Source: Candidatus Methanomethylophilaceae archaeon (GTDB lineage Archaea; Thermoplasmatota; Thermoplasmata; Methanomassiliicoccales; Methanomethylophilaceae). From it: 64,000 nt of DNA. Where the stretch lies: assembly GCA_963643255.1 (NCBI GenBank), contig CAVIIW010000008.1:8553-72552 (forward strand), written 5' to 3'. Positions 9,301 to 19,146 of the stretch are shown piece by piece. How positions within the stretch are numbered: position 1 is the first letter of the stretch; each line of letters opens with the position of its first letter. A model generated the notes under the pieces. It did no database searches. It was not told the origin of the DNA and was given only the letters and a program-made list of their open reading frames with translations. A program made the position numbers and the translations under genes.

Positions 9301-12020
9301 GAGAACACAATCTTACATCCGGATCCGACTTCGAAGTTCTTGGTCGGAAGGATAATTGTGTATTTTCCGTCTGCGTCTGTGAATGTTGTGTAGCGCTGTA
9401 CACCGTCGGAGTCAATTGCCGCGACACGTACACCGCTTACGTTTTCTCCCGCAATGCTGACTGTTCCGCTGACTTTCTCGGAGTTGGATGAGATGTATTT
9501 CAGCATGATGGGGTAGCCTGCGAGATAGTTGATCAGTCCGCCTTCTTTCTCCTGGAGTGCGATTGCATCGTTGTAGAGCATCTTCTCCCATGTTCCGGTT
9601 CCGTCGTCTTCTGCGTTGTAGCTTACGTAGTATGTGTCGTAATCGACTTCGAAGTTGGCGAGACCGTATCCGGGAACTGCCTTGTATGTTCCGTCGGAAT
9701 TAGTCAGTGCCGAAATGTAAGAGATCGAAGCGAATGATCCTGTGACACCTGCTTCTTCGGGCGACATACCGATGTATGCTCTCCAGAGGAAGCTGTTGGT
9801 GAGTGAATCCTCGTAGTCATAGACTCCGTAGTATGAGAAGAGCGAACCTGCGGAGTAGAACTCAGGTACTGAAACGTAACTGTAGTTCGTCTCGGTGACA
9901 ACCTTGTACGCATAGCCGTTGAGAATTGCCAACTCGATGAATGTGTTCTCGTTTCCGTATGAAATCGGAATCAGTTCTCCGGAAGTCATGATGTATGAGA
10001 TGTCCTTTCCGCACTGTGCGGCGACTTTGTCGTACATCTCGGAAATCTCGAATGATGTGTTGTTATCCTTGAGGTATGCGACAGCTGCGAGGTACGAAAT
10101 GTTGTCGTTTGAAATGTCCGTAGATACTATTCCGTATTTGTCGGAGTTCTTGACGACTTCGTCCCTGTAGTTGCCGGGGTTCTCTGTGATATCTTTGATT
10201 TTATCGTAGTTGCTGCCGAGTATTGTCTTGCATGAGTCTACACCTGCGTATGTCACAAGGTAGTAGAGCATGACCGCAACGGTAGAACCATCGGAACCGT
10301 TGGACAGCATGATATTCGCCATAGCGGTGGTACCGTTACCCCTGTTGTCGGTAATTACGTTGAAGTTACCGAAGGTGGCGGCATCTGACGAATAATCGAG
10401 CCAGGAAACCAATGCTCCCTTGCCCTCGACATCGCTGTACTTCGAGAAGAACTCGTTGTATGTGTAGTCCTTGTCGGCCATAACATAATAGTTGACCGAT
10501 CCCTGATAGGCGGGGTTGGACGAATTGTTGTTCGAAATTCCTGCGTCAAGTGCGTACATGCAGTTGGGGAGGAGTATGAGTACGACAGCACCGACAACCG
10601 CGAGGAACGGTACGGGCTTGATGATTTTCTTCCACATACCTTTGAAGCCCGCTGTCTTAATCGATAACCAGTATGCCTTGAAGTCAATCTTTGAACAAAT
10701 CCAAAGAACGACTGCTGCGAAACCGACACCGAATGTGCATGCAAAGATCGCTGCATTAGCTCTCGTTGTAATTGCGAAGAGCATGCCGACGATCATCCAT
10801 ACAAGGACGGCGGCATACATGCGGGAATCCGTGTTTTTCGGAAGGGCGTAGATTCTGTAGAGAACCATGCACAGACCGAACCACATTGTGATGAATCCGA
10901 AGTATGTGGCGACCATCGAGAATCCGATGGATGAGGATGTGAATGTTGCGTAGATTCCGGAGTATTCCGTAATGCTTCCGACGATGCTGTTGTAAAAGTC
11001 GGGGACTGCAAGGAACAGTGCGACGAAGAGTACGATAGAAACAATAACGAATCCGGGAATAGTAAGAACCCAGGGTGTTTTCTTCATTGCTGCGAAGAGA
11101 ACACAGAAGACAACTCCGATGACAGCCATCAGGCATGTTCCGAGGTAAACCGAAACAAAGAGTCCCGATGCTGCGTAGTATGCCGCTGCAACAACTGTAC
11201 CTACAATAACAGGCACGGAATAGTAGATTGCAACAGGCATGAGTTCCTTACCCTTGAAGCGGTCGATGACAAGCTGTACAGCCATCATGAGAATCATGAC
11301 TGTGTACAGTGAACGTGCTCCGATCCATGAGAAGGAAACAACCGCCATGAAGACAGCTGTCAGAATCATGTATTTGTTCGAAGGTTCTCCGGCATCGATT
11401 GCTTTGATTCCTTTGAAGAGGAAGCAGAACATGAAGAGCGTGAAGAACATGACGAAACCGATTTCGGTTCCGTTGGAGAACACTGTCTGCGAAATCGCGA
11501 TAGGACAGAGTGCGATGAAAATCGCAGTCAGGCATCCTGCGGCTTTGCTGTTCAGGATTTCCTTACCGAGGATGTATGCAGGGATAACGGCCAATGTACC
11601 GAAAATCACTGCGCCCCATGCAAGTGATGCTCCTGCCGCAGCTGTTGTGCCGAGGCCGCATGCTTTGAAAATGAATGCGAACGCCCCTATGATTAAATCC
11701 ATGAGCGGGGGGTTCGCATCTGCCGACCCGAAGGGATAGTACAAAGCACCGTCGAGTCCGAAGATGGCTCCGCCGGTGAGCATGTTTGTAATTCTGTGCA
11801 GATGTTCTGAAGCACCCGTTCCCCCGGACAGCGCATAGTTGTTACCCATGCAAAGTCCTGCGGCGTCGATAAACCTGATCAGGAATGCGATCAGTACGAT
11901 GACGCCGATGGCAACGATGTGCCGGTTCTTAGCGAACCAATTCCCGTTCCCGGTCTTCTTGGGGACGGTTACATCCTCAGTTGCCTGAGGATCACTCGTT
12001 TTTTTGCCGATTTTTAGCAT
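6348..12020 (-). CDS. Giant membrane protein: AglB/STT3-like polytopic N-terminal domain plus long beta-sandwich repeat tail plus C-terminal TM anchor
   Basis: A single uninterrupted 1890-aa ORF. Residues 30-490 contain many hydrophobic helices. Loop motifs resemble oligosaccharyltransferase: SEHLHRI...DGALYYPFGSADANPPLMDL, SITE at aa 349-352, and SWLDYS at aa 539-544 where AglB carries WWDYG. Later segments look like CarboxypepD_reg/Ig-like repeats (for example GTVSIAGENVSGVRVAAIDSDGVQRYTTFTDADGKYTIILP). The protein ends in a TM segment plus RRGVFTRRK. Confidence 0.7.
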   Translation of the reverse strand: MLKIGKKTSDPQATEDVTVPKKTGNGNWFAKNRHIVAIGVIVLIAFLIRFIDAAGLCMGNNYALSGGTGASEHLHRITNMLTGGAIFGLDGALYYPFGSADANPPLMDLIIGAFAFIFKACGLGTTAAAGASLAWGAVIFGTLAVIPAYILGKEILNSKAAGCLTAIFIALCPIAISQTVFSNGTEIGFVMFFTLFMFCFLFKGIKAIDAGEPSNKYMILTAVFMAVVSFSWIGARSLYTVMILMMAVQLVIDRFKGKELMPVAIYYSVPVIVGTVVAAAYYAASGLFVSVYLGTCLMAVIGVVFCVLFAAMKKTPWVLTIPGFVIVSIVLFVALFLAVPDFYNSIVGSITEYSGIYATFTSSSIGFSMVATYFGFITMWFGLCMVLYRIYALPKNTDSRMYAAVLVWMIVGMLFAITTRANAAIFACTFGVGFAAVVLWICSKIDFKAYWLSIKTAGFKGMWKKIIKPVPFLAVVGAVVLILLPNCMYALDAGISNNNSSNPAYQGSVNYYVMADKDYTYNEFFSKYSDVEGKGALVSWLDYSSDAATFGNFNVITDNRGNGTTAMANIMLSNGSDGSTVAVMLYYLVTYAGVDSCKTILGSNYDKIKDITENPGNYRDEVVKNSDKYGIVSTDISNDNISYLAAVAYLKDNNTSFEISEMYDKVAAQCGKDISYIMTSGELIPISYGNENTFIELAILNGYAYKVVTETNYSYVSVPEFYSAGSLFSYYGVYDYEDSLTNSFLWRAYIGMSPEEAGVTGSFASISYISALTNSDGTYKAVPGYGLANFEVDYDTYYVSYNAEDDGTGTWEKMLYNDAIALQEKEGGLINYLAGYPIMLKYISSNSEKVSGTVSIAGENVSGVRVAAIDSDGVQRYTTFTDADGKYTIILPTKNFEVGSGCKIVFSTGTSSVTGGTQVWSQEYDTTMAGTKECNVTVSTETSLSGKIVTDKVSIDEYLIEMIGQASGKLYNKSVTGTAFEFTNIVPDTYDITVKSLDGKITYATNTYLTAIGVNSGLSISLDESEITLTVKDEAGNLIKDVEVGIKSGTTVFKGTTDSKGVATFYASAGTYTYAVFSDAYITNDSSTLEVSKSTAKSGSFSVISAKKVNVTGATSGTIYGMSYTGAVENSVAKIPEGLTGSATYTIYSVDKIGEGATVSWATTDGSADVTLTAETGYVITGKLKSGDSAVAGKITFIKDSGEIVSVYADSDNGYTAVLPAGSYTAYAVSSTKVAMETITVSASDTKDIVVADGTTVSGNVYWYSSSYTLKYATVKVDVTVGENTATYTLATDAEGKYSLVVPSDAKYKVTSVLNAGGPFYYTVDDAKAYEKSLGENESGDFTASVEKITIKNVNEFKITVEGKEIEKGAELEFDYKPTSYSVSSAYSTGYYYSGNVYILPTQMTADFKYDLNVDAVEYVKVVFSSVSSDCTITVTAEDEGKYHKESQADNKAEYYFEKGKNFLVKITDADKEKIAYYSIEGTATYSAEGIPVELSDAVNVKGYVGIDGDGTIKFNSDKKLEFEVESGRYDVVIPATDDGKYAVEVNVTDDDDHVYSCTLSGVTLTAGDNTYNIAVLGGDLKAETKDVTAKLTLTEMGDVTDKQRVKIKFKAEISYTDAVTYLLSGGSDWFDVTFYSDEGLTKQITSVNGTATIYGEGMIKVGSVASCSENLSVILSDLSGEEVCTGVFEDETGWKKTTPAEGTTKVAHGSDRTNEAEYMYAINVVNDDNYRKSFKIKLLDTVDEDKYVVTYLYGNKVVVATDGAGAAVDVPMTVDGYSTLTVYVKFTLINGESSEIADMKINTQIVFDDAALTITADGKDISVDGSKVTVVSSHTDSFASVSLYAEGRGIINEKSPMPSYVWVLIAAILVMLILIIWLGIRRGVFTRRK

Positions 12021-12126
12021 TCTAAATTCTCCGCTATGTGGAATACGGCGACGATTGACTACTCTATATAATAGTTTTACGTCGCGCGTTAGATTATATA
12101 AATATAATAAAGAGAAAGAGAGGCCG

Positions 12127-12771
12127 TCAGATGACGGACCTGATTTCTTCCGCTATGGTTTTTGCAACGGATTTCGGATCTTCTGCCTTGTAGATTGCAC
12201 GTCCTACGATGACATAATCCGCGCCTGCGAGTATTGCTGATGAGGCCGAACCTCCCTGTGCGCCTACTCCGGGCGAGAGAATCTTCCTGTCGCCGATGAT
12301 TTTCCTTACCGCCGCAATACGTTCGGGACGTGTCGCAGGTGCGATAAATCCGGCCACATTGCATCTGACACCCATTTCCGCCATTTCCTCTGCGTGAAGT
12401 GCGGTGAAGGTCTTTCCTCCCGGGTGGCTCATTTCGGTTACGGCGTAAATCTCCACATCTCCCGCGGCTTTGACTGCTTCCTGAAGGGAATCCTCTCCGG
12501 GGAATGCGTGAACGATTACCGCAGATGCGCCTCTCTTAACTGCGTTGCTTACAATCAGAGATACAGTGTTGGGTATGTCTGCGACTTTGAAATCGCAGAT
12601 AACATCCGTAATCTCGGAAAGTTTCGTGATCATTTCCGGACCCTCCGTAAGTACCAGAGGCCAGTTTATCTTCACGGCATCGATGTATTCCGACACGCTG
12701 TCGACTACCGCCAATGCCTTCTTTCCGTCGGTCTCATCCAATGCCAAGACAATCCTGCTGTCTTTCTTCAT
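12127..12771 (-). CDS. pyrF: Orotidine 5'-phosphate decarboxylase
   Basis: SRIVLALDETD...AVKINWPLVL...DFKVADIPNT are typical OMP decarboxylase motifs; the protein is 214 aa. Confidence 0.9.
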   Translation of the reverse strand: MKKDSRIVLALDETDGKKALAVVDSVSEYIDAVKINWPLVLTEGPEMITKLSEITDVICDFKVADIPNTVSLIVSNAVKRGASAVIVHAFPGEDSLQEAVKAAGDVEIYAVTEMSHPGGKTFTALHAEEMAEMGVRCNVAGFIAPATRPERIAAVRKIIGDRKILSPGVGAQGGSASSAILAGADYVIVGRAIYKAEDPKSVAKTIAEEIRSVI

Positions 12772-12828
12772 ATGATCGCCTGACGTATCATCCGCACGTT
12801 ATTAAAAGAAGGTGCCTATGGGGAATGC

Positions 12829-13887
12829 ATGGGCATCATACGTCAGGAGTACGGTTCCGCCTGCAACGGAGAATTGGCGGAAGGCTGTAAACACTGCATG
12901 CAGGGAAGCAAAATGGTTCTCTTCATTTCCGGAAGGTGCAACACGGGATGTTTCTACTGTCCCGTGTCGTTCGAAAAGAAAGGAAAGGACGTAATCTACG
13001 CCGACGAGATGAAAGCCGAATGTAAGGAAGACATTATTTCCGAGGCCGAATCGATGGACGCGACCGGAACGGGAATCACCGGAGGAGATCCGCTACTGTG
13101 TGTCGACCGTACTGTCAGAGCGATTAAGATGCTCAGGGAACACTTCGGAAAGGAGCATCATATCCACCTGTATACTTCCACCGTAGACCCCGAAAAAGTG
13201 AAGATGCTCATCGACGCGGGATTGGACGAAATACGCTTCCATCCTCCTCTGGAACAGTGGAATTCGATGGAAGGAAGCGGATTGGAAGAAATCGTTAAAA
13301 TGCCCATAGACGTAGGAATCGAAGTACCGGCACTCCCCGATGAAGAAGAAAAATTATCCGCGCTTCTGGGTTATGCCGAATCTATAGGGATTAAGTTTGT
13401 CAATCTCAACGAGTTGGAATTCTCAGAGAGCAACTGGGACATGATGAGTTCGAAGAACTATGAGCTGAAGGATGAATTCTCTTCGGCGATACTCGGTTCG
13501 GAACAGACGGCAATGAAAATGCTTGAAAAATATCCGAATCTTCCGATTCATTTCTGCTCCTCCTCATTCAAAGACGGAGTCCAATTACGCAACAGACTCA
13601 TCAGACGTGCGAATCATATCGCTTCGGAATATGATGTGGTAACGGAAGACGGAACGATTCTCAAAGGCCTTGTTTATGCCGACGATATCGATGCCGCCGC
13701 GTCTCTTCTCAGAAACGAATACGATGTGCCAGATGAACTTATGTTCATTGACCGTGAGAAAAAAAGGATCGAAACCGCATCATGGATTCTTGAAGAAATT
13801 TCGGAAGAATTACCGTTTAAATGTTACATAACGGAAGAATATCCCACCGCAGACAGGCTGGAAGTTGAGAGAACTCCTCTGAACTGA
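12829..13887 (+). CDS. Radical SAM domain protein (function unassigned)
   Basis: A CX3CX2C cluster (CNTGCFYCP) is followed by GGDPLL, giving a TIM-barrel-like radical SAM core of 352 aa. Confidence 0.75.
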   Translation: MGIIRQEYGSACNGELAEGCKHCMQGSKMVLFISGRCNTGCFYCPVSFEKKGKDVIYADEMKAECKEDIISEAESMDATGTGITGGDPLLCVDRTVRAIKMLREHFGKEHHIHLYTSTVDPEKVKMLIDAGLDEIRFHPPLEQWNSMEGSGLEEIVKMPIDVGIEVPALPDEEEKLSALLGYAESIGIKFVNLNELEFSESNWDMMSSKNYELKDEFSSAILGSEQTAMKMLEKYPNLPIHFCSSSFKDGVQLRNRLIRRANHIASEYDVVTEDGTILKGLVYADDIDAAASLLRNEYDVPDELMFIDREKKRIETASWILEEISEELPFKCYITEEYPTADRLEVERTPLN

Positions 13888-13940
13888 AGAAAATGAAAGG
13901 TTTGGGTAAAAGGTTTGGATTCCCTGATCGGGGATGAGGA

Positions 13941-14369
13941 TCAGTTAACGCTGATACTCTGGATTTCGTGGTGTCTGTTTACGATATCCCTTGCGATGCG
14001 GAGGTTCTTACCGGCCTTGCCGATTGCCCTTCCTTTGAGCTTGGGGTCCACCGTAACGGTCGCATGTGTGATGTTGCCGCGCTGTTCAATCTCGACCTTC
14101 TGAGGTTCGTAGATGTGGAACACGTTCTTCACGAACTGTGCCGGATCATCTGAGTATTCCACGACCTGGATATTCTTGCCCGTAAGATCTTTGAGCTTTA
14201 TGACGTGCTCTCCTTTCTTACCGACGGCGGTGTTTCCCTGTCCTTTTTCCACTACATAGACGAGCTTGTCCTCTGTTTCCATGCAGTCAATTACGTTCGT
14301 TCTGGTCAGCGACTCAAATAACGAGATGTATCTGAGTGTGTCCTCCGTAAGTACGATATCGGCAGACAT
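13941..14369 (-). CDS. nusA: Archaeal NusA-like transcription factor (two KH domains)
   Basis: 142 aa with KH-type GxxG motifs (GKKGEH, GKAGKN). It occupies the conserved position after rpl30e in the rpo operon. Confidence 0.88.
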   Translation of the reverse strand: MSADIVLTEDTLRYISLFESLTRTNVIDCMETEDKLVYVVEKGQGNTAVGKKGEHVIKLKDLTGKNIQVVEYSDDPAQFVKNVFHIYEPQKVEIEQRGNITHATVTVDPKLKGRAIGKAGKNLRIARDIVNRHHEIQSISVN

Positions 14370-14373
14370 GATC

Positions 14374-14652
14374 TCACAGCGTTAAGATGTTGGAAGTACC
14401 TTTGTCGATGACCGCGAGAGCGGATACCGAGAAGGGCTTACCGCAGAGGGCGCCCAACTCCATGTTGTTGCCCTCGTAGACGTGTACTTTCACGCCTACA
14501 TCGGCTGCCGTCAGCATTGCGCTGGGGCAGTTTTTCGATACGATGATCATCTGTGCCTTGCCGGCTTTTACTGCTTTCTCTGTCTGGTCCACTCCGAACG
14601 CGACTTCTCCTGTCGTGATCGCAGCTTTCAATGCTTTGCTTATGTCTATCAT
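14374..14652 (-). CDS. rpl30e: Ribosomal protein eL30
   Basis: 92 aa with the pattern ...[29 protein letters not shown]..., in the conserved position between rpoA2 and nusA. Confidence 0.9.
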   Translation of the reverse strand: MIDISKALKAAITTGEVAFGVDQTEKAVKAGKAQMIIVSKNCPSAMLTAADVGVKVHVYEGNNMELGALCGKPFSVSALAVIDKGTSNILTL

Positions 14653-16142
14653 TGTTCATCCCCCGTTTCGGGTATTTCGTTAACTGGTTTGTTCTGTCTT
14701 TCACTCTTTTTGGGAGTGTATTCCAGGTTGACGGCTCCGGTACCGAGTGTTACCGGCTGACCGACGATGATGTTTTCGGCCACTCCTTCAAGGTGATCCA
14801 CCTCTCCGTTCATGGCTGCGCGCAGCAGGTGCGGTGTCGTAATTTCGAAAGCCGCCCTTGCCAATACACTCGATTTCTTACCGGAAATTCCGTGCCTTCC
14901 GATGGCTTTGATGCAGCCGTCGTTGGTCATCAGATCCGCTACGAGCATAATGTGTCTGATATCGACTGTACCTGCCGCGGACAGTGTGTCACGGGCCTCG
15001 TTGATAAGCGAGTTCCTTGCGGCTTCGATACCGAGAACGTCAGCCACTTCCAGCACACTGTTGGTCATGACCTTCTCTCTGTCGACACCTTCCACCTTCA
15101 TAACTTCCTTCAGGTTCGACCCTTCGGTCACGAGGAAGTATCTGCCGGTGTTCTTGTCCTTGTCTATGATTGCCCTTGTAATGCCGTCGATTCCTTTGAT
15201 CTTGGCCTGCTTGGTGGCATCGTAGATCTGCTGGAGCTTCTTGTACGAAGGTTCGTCGGATTTGATGATCAGATCGAATCCTTCGATTGTGATCAGTCCG
15301 CGGAGAACCTTGATCTTGTTGAGTCTGTCGTAGATGTCTTCGACTGTAACACCGCGGTCGTCCATCTTACGGACATCGGGCCTGATGATGAGCCTCATAT
15401 TGTTGATATCCGTGTCGATTTCTGCGACGTTGTTGAGGGCCGTAATCTCAATGTTGTATGAGACGTGTTTTGCGACATTCTCATCTTCCGCTGCAAGACC
15501 TGTGAGAGGAATTCTCATCGAAGGTGTACTGGGTACACGCCTTGCATCCACAATCTCGATAAGCCTCGGAAGACCCGTTGTAACGTTGACGTTCGCAACT
15601 CCCGCATAGTGGAAAGTACGCATGTTCATCTGTGTACCCGGCTCACCGATCGAATGTGCTGCCATGATACCCACTGACTCATTGGGATCCATGCGGCGCC
15701 TGTCGTAGAGTTCGAAAGCTTTCCCGAGAAGCTTTTCGATGTCTTCATCGGTGATTTCGTGTCCCTCGATACGTGCCGCAATGTCGACTATGACTTTCAG
15801 CGGAAGTTCGATTCCGAGTGATGCGCACATTCCGAGGAGTTTGTTCTCTGTCTCGGAGTTCTCACGCTTCTTGGAAACAGGTTCCATGTGGATTTCTTCA
15901 ACGGCTTCCTCTGCGGATGCTTTGGCTTTTGTTGAGGAAGACCTGCTGCTGCGTCTGCCGATCTTTGTGATGACATCCGCTGCTTCGGCTTCTTCGATTC
16001 CCAGAGAAACAAGCTCGGAAACGCCCGCATCTGCGATGGATTTCAGTGTGCTGAATTTGGCGATAAGGATATCCGCGGTAGCTTCGCTGATTTCCCTTGC
16101 AATCAATGCATTGTATGTGTCTTTCTTAGCCATTTCACTCAC
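14649..16142 (-). CDS. rpoA2: DNA-directed RNA polymerase subunit A'' (Rpo1C) with an N-terminal extension of about 100 aa
   Basis: [22 protein letters not shown] and the rest of the A'' core are present. The ATG at 16142 overlaps the rpoA1 stop by 8 nt. Starting at internal Met105 would give a canonical length of about 393 aa, so the true start needs checking. Confidence 0.92.
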   Translation of the reverse strand: MSEMAKKDTYNALIAREISEATADILIAKFSTLKSIADAGVSELVSLGIEEAEAADVITKIGRRSSRSSSTKAKASAEEAVEEIHMEPVSKKRENSETENKLLGMCASLGIELPLKVIVDIAARIEGHEITDEDIEKLLGKAFELYDRRRMDPNESVGIMAAHSIGEPGTQMNMRTFHYAGVANVNVTTGLPRLIEIVDARRVPSTPSMRIPLTGLAAEDENVAKHVSYNIEITALNNVAEIDTDINNMRLIIRPDVRKMDDRGVTVEDIYDRLNKIKVLRGLITIEGFDLIIKSDEPSYKKLQQIYDATKQAKIKGIDGITRAIIDKDKNTGRYFLVTEGSNLKEVMKVEGVDREKVMTNSVLEVADVLGIEAARNSLINEARDTLSAAGTVDIRHIMLVADLMTNDGCIKAIGRHGISGKKSSVLARAAFEITTPHLLRAAMNGEVDHLEGVAENIIVGQPVTLGTGAVNLEYTPKKSERQNKPVNEIPETGDEQ

Positions 16143-19100
16143 CGTCGCTGTAGTCGTTTTCCATCATGTCGTCGTCGATGTTTTCCTCGTCGTCAGACTC
16201 GTACTCCATCTCGTCTTTCTCACGTGTACCGTAGTCTTCTTTGTTGTCCACTCTGTCGAGTTTGATGAAGTCCTTGGCGGCATCCTCACCCAATGCTTCG
16301 ATGAACAGATCGTCGTAATCGATGACTTTACCGCTCACCGCTCTTGCGGGGTCGGTTCCGTCCTCTCCGTATTTGAACTGAATAATCGTACCTGCGGTGT
16401 TCCTGACGGAGCCGTCGCCGGTAAGTTTCAGATCTTCCAGTGCCGAAATTAGCCTTCTCTGCATGTATCCCGACCTGGATGTACGGACAGCTGTATCGAC
16501 CAGTCCTTCCCTTCCTCCCATTGCGTGGAAGAAGAACTCTGTGGCCGTAAGTCCCGATTTGTATGAGTTGCTGACGAATCCCCTTGCGTATGCTCCGAGA
16601 TCCTCTTTCTTGAAGTGCGGGAGTGTCCTGTCTTCGTATCCTCTTGCGAGCCTGTCACCACGGACAGTCTGCTGTCCGACACAACCGGCCATCTGCGAAA
16701 GGTTGAGCATCGAACCACGTGCACCGGATTTTGCCATGATAACCGCAGGGTTGCTCATGTCGACGTTTCCGTTCTTGCTTGCGGCGACGATACGTCCTGC
16801 TTCGGTACGTGCTTCTTCGAGTTTTGCCTTGACTTTCACTTCGAGTGTCTCTTTCAGCGAACGTCCGGGGTCCTGGTGGAGTGTTCCGTCGTTGTATGAC
16901 TGAACATACTCATCCACGGCGTCGATACATTCCTGGTTGAAGTTCTCGATCTCAAGTCTTGATTCTTCGGAAATATCCTCATCATCGATACCGGTACTGA
17001 ATCCGTGGTTCATGATCGAACCCAATGCGACCCTTGTAACCTGGTTGATGAACTGACATGCCCTGTCCGCTCCGTAGTCACGTGCAATACGGTCGAGGAT
17101 CTTTCCTTTGCTGTTTCCGATACCTGCCTCATCGACGGTACCGCAGACAAGCTCACCTCCACTGATCTTAACAAATGCATCGTACTCACAGTTCTCTTTC
17201 TTACAGACTGCACATCCGCGGCAGATCTTTGCCTTGTACTGAATGTTGAGATCCTTGGGGAGAACGATTGAGAACAGCTGCCTTCCGGTCCAGTATTCCC
17301 TGCCGTCTTCATCTTTGAAAGGCTCGGGAATCTCGATGTTGTCGAGCTTCATGATGATGTTCATCGCCTGAAGCCTGTCGAATCTGGGGTTGTAGTTGGT
17401 CAGGAAGTATGCTCCTGTGATATGATCGTGGATTGCTCCGATGATAGGTCCGCCGTACCTGGGTGACAGGATGTTCTCCTGAACCTGCATAAGGATACGT
17501 GCTTCCGCACGTGCTTCCTCGCTCTGGAGAACGTGGAGGTTCATCTCATCACCGTCGAAATCGGCGTTGTACGGAGGACAGACACAGAGGTTGAACCTGA
17601 ATGTACGGCCTTCCATGACCTTTACACGGTGGGCCATCATCGACATTCTGTGCAGAGACGGCTGCCTGTTGAAGAGAACGACATCTCCGTCGATGAGCTG
17701 TCTCTCTACTGTGTAGTCTCTTCCGAGATTCTCTGCGACTTCGATCGAGTTACGGTCGGAGACTTTGATCCTTCTTTCATCCGATCTGATGACGTAGTTC
17801 ACACCGGGAACGTATTTCCACTTGAGGTTGTCAAGAAGATCTTTGTCTGCTTTGGTCTCGAAGGCACTCATCCTGTAGACGAATCTGTTCTGCTCGTCGA
17901 GACTGCAGAGGTGGTCGTAATCGAACTCAAGTTCCTTATCTCTGATGTTGTCTTCCCACTCTTCGAAAATCGATTTGATTCCTCTTTTTCTGAGAATATC
18001 GTTCTTCTCTGTGATGAGAATAGGTGTGATACCTCTCCTTACGATTGCCTTGACTTCGGGCATGTTCTCGCCGTAGATACGGACGGGGACAGTAAGCTCT
18101 CTCGCCGCGGGAATCGGGACTCCTACGTCGTTGATTGACAGCAGGGGATCCGGCGAAATGACCGTACGGGCCGAGAAGTTGACACGCTTACCTGACAGGT
18201 TGGATCTGAAACGTCCTTCCTTACCCTTGAGCCTCTGTGTCAGAGTCTTCAGCGGACGTCCGGATCTGTGCCTTGCGGGAGGTATTCCGGAAGTCTGATT
18301 GTCGAAGTATGTCGTAACATGATACTGAAGCAGTTCCCACAGATCGTCGATAATCAGCTGGGGTGCACCTGCATCACGGTTCTCTCTGAGCCTCTGGTTG
18401 ATCCTGAGAACATCGACGAGCTTGTGTGTAAGATCGTCTTCGGACCTGTCACTCGAATCAAGTGTAATCGAAGGCCTTACTGTTACGGGAGGTACTGCCA
18501 ATGCAGTCAGAACCATCCACTCGGGCCTGCAGGTCTCGGGATCCATTCCCAATGTAATCAGATCCTCGTCGGGAATTCTCTCCAACCTCTCACGAACGTC
18601 TTCGGGTGTGAGTTTGTGGTTCTCGGGACCCTCACGGAATGTGGTAGGCTTGTCGAGTTTGATCTTAAGCTGTTCCGCACCGCAGTGGGGACAGATTTCT
18701 CTCGCAGCGTCTTTTGCAGTACCTTTCGAAAAGAGCTTGATATCGGCGGAATCTCCTCCGAGTTCCTCCATCTGCTCCATTTTGCTCCTGGTCTGCTCAA
18801 CCTGTTCCGCAGTAAGCATGAGCCTTCCGCATTTCCTGCATGTCGATTCCAGAAGGGATTTGATATCCTTGATGAAACCGACGTGGATTACGGGCCTTGC
18901 CAATTCGATGTGTCCGAAGTGTCCGGGACAGTCATTGACCTTGCATCCGCATGTCTTACATGAGAGACCGGGTTCGATGACACCCATGTGGAGATCCATC
19001 AGACCCATCTCGATCGGATAGCCTTCATCGTCGTAAGTATCGGCGGTGAGGACTTTTGTCGCCGACATTCTCCTGATCTCGTCGGGAGATACGCAGGAGA

Positions 19101-19146
19101 ATTTGATCGATCCGATCCTCTTTGATATTCCGTGCATCATATTCAT
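16135..19146 (-). CDS. rpoA1: DNA-directed RNA polymerase subunit A' (Rpo1N)
   Basis: Zn motifs [18 protein letters not shown], the catalytic [10 protein letters not shown], and RQPSLHRMS are present. The protein is 1003 aa and overlaps the rpoB stop. Confidence 0.95.
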   Translation of the reverse strand: MNMMHGISKRIGSIKFSCVSPDEIRRMSATKVLTADTYDDEGYPIEMGLMDLHMGVIEPGLSCKTCGCKVNDCPGHFGHIELARPVIHVGFIKDIKSLLESTCRKCGRLMLTAEQVEQTRSKMEQMEELGGDSADIKLFSKGTAKDAAREICPHCGAEQLKIKLDKPTTFREGPENHKLTPEDVRERLERIPDEDLITLGMDPETCRPEWMVLTALAVPPVTVRPSITLDSSDRSEDDLTHKLVDVLRINQRLRENRDAGAPQLIIDDLWELLQYHVTTYFDNQTSGIPPARHRSGRPLKTLTQRLKGKEGRFRSNLSGKRVNFSARTVISPDPLLSINDVGVPIPAARELTVPVRIYGENMPEVKAIVRRGITPILITEKNDILRKRGIKSIFEEWEDNIRDKELEFDYDHLCSLDEQNRFVYRMSAFETKADKDLLDNLKWKYVPGVNYVIRSDERRIKVSDRNSIEVAENLGRDYTVERQLIDGDVVLFNRQPSLHRMSMMAHRVKVMEGRTFRFNLCVCPPYNADFDGDEMNLHVLQSEEARAEARILMQVQENILSPRYGGPIIGAIHDHITGAYFLTNYNPRFDRLQAMNIIMKLDNIEIPEPFKDEDGREYWTGRQLFSIVLPKDLNIQYKAKICRGCAVCKKENCEYDAFVKISGGELVCGTVDEAGIGNSKGKILDRIARDYGADRACQFINQVTRVALGSIMNHGFSTGIDDEDISEESRLEIENFNQECIDAVDEYVQSYNDGTLHQDPGRSLKETLEVKVKAKLEEARTEAGRIVAASKNGNVDMSNPAVIMAKSGARGSMLNLSQMAGCVGQQTVRGDRLARGYEDRTLPHFKKEDLGAYARGFVSNSYKSGLTATEFFFHAMGGREGLVDTAVRTSRSGYMQRRLISALEDLKLTGDGSVRNTAGTIIQFKYGEDGTDPARAVSGKVIDYDDLFIEALGEDAAKDFIKLDRVDNKEDYGTREKDEMEYESDDEENIDDDMMENDYSDGE

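Noticed and set aside
11239-11739. 166-aa plus-strand ORF inside the giant gene
   Set aside because: It is antisense to the hydrophobic membrane domain of the 1890-aa ORF, which is uninterrupted and carries recognisable motifs.
14631-16452. 276-aa and 237-aa plus-strand ORFs
   Set aside because: Both are antisense to rpoA2 and rpoA1 and are shadow ORFs inside strongly supported genes.
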